NCBI RefSeq assembly: GCF_006345805.1 | Contig: NC_043003.1 | Coordinates: forward strand, 17,174,001 to 17,238,000 | Source of the DNA: Octopus sinensis | Taxonomy: Eukaryota | Reading direction: 5' to 3' | DNA length: 64,000 nt | In this document: positions 63,346 through 64,000 of the stretch, piece after piece | Layout: the number at the start of each line of letters is the position of its first letter | How positions within the stretch are numbered: position 1 is the stretch's first letter | Notes under the pieces: model-generated | Told to the model about the DNA's origin: nothing | The model's input: the letters and a program-made list of their open reading frames with translations, nothing else | The model's database searches: none | Position numbers and translations under genes: made by a program

Positions 63346-63815
63346 GTGGAAGCGCAATGGCCCAGTGGTTAGGGCAGCGGACTCGCGGTTTCAATTCCCA
63401 GACCGGGCATTTGTGAGTGTTTATTGAGCGAAAACCCTGCTGTACTCTTTCACCACAACTTTCTCTCACTCTTTCTCCCTGTTTCTGTTGTACTTGTATT
63501 TCAAAGGGGCCAGCCTTGTCATACTCTGTGTCACGCTGAATCTCCCCGAGAACTACGATAAGGGTACATGTGTCTGTGGGGTGCTCAGCCACTTGCACGT
63601 TAATAAATGAGTTGCGACATCACTGGTGCCAAGCTGTATCGACCTTTGCCTTTCCCTTGGATAACATCGGTGGCGTAGAGAGGGGAGGCTGGTATGCTTG
63701 GGCGACTGCTGGTCTTCCATAAACAACCTTGCCCAGACTTGTGCCTCGGAGGGTAACTTTCTAGGTGCAATCCCATGGTCATTCATGACCGAAGGGGGTC
63801 ACAACTTACTACAAA
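63346..63815 (+). mobile_element. Tripartite chimeric SINE: H2 head, partial T2, T3 tail
   Basis: Switch ...cacgttaat|aaatgagt|tgcgacatcactgg; TSD attgtttataaa at 63333-63344 and 63816-63827. Confidence 0.9.
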
Positions 63816-64000
63816 ATTGTTTATAAAGTATGTTGTCGTTTATGTGTATAAATATAAACAACAAAGATATTTAGACCACATATATACGCACTTATATGTG
63901 TGCGCGGGTTTATAGGTACATTCCACACGCGCACATGTTCCCATTGTGTTCTCTAACTTGTTGCTGTTGTTTGTTCCTTCTCGAGCCACGCCTGGCTTAT

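Overview
AT-rich, repeat-dense animal genomic DNA. The SINE and microsatellite content resembles an octopod cephalopod (inference from recalled repeat families, not a database hit). Only one protein-coding exon is convincing: + strand 22348-22690, whose CDS (22381-22690) encodes the N-terminal I-set Ig domain of a twitchin/projectin (unc-22/bent)-like giant muscle protein. The window is therefore probably the 5' end of that gene: candidate non-coding first exons upstream, then a very long intron with a candidate 16-nt in-frame microexon at 59203-59218. Most other recognisable sequence is mobile DNA: more than 50 tRNA-headed SINE copies, CR1/L2-like and RTE LINE remnants, an internally deleted mariner, MITE-like elements, a Helentron-type (HINE) element, a Helitron 3' end, (TA)n-embedded fold-back elements and many microsatellites. 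Nearly all other ORFs in the track are microsatellite or SINE artefacts. I see no rRNA, intact tRNA gene or CRISPR array. I cannot show a wholly new system. The best leads are: (1) a combinatorial SINE system in which different heads and tails are joined, mostly at a shared (AAA)TGAGT motif, with chimeras carrying their own target-site duplications (TSDs); (2) a near-total sense-strand bias of SINE family A inside the transcription unit; (3) the microexon bracketed by two fold-back elements; (4) a rearranged LINE block bounded by an 86-bp inverted repeat. Family and module labels (A, B, H1, H2, T1-T3) are my own. SINE and LINE boundaries are read by eye and approximate.
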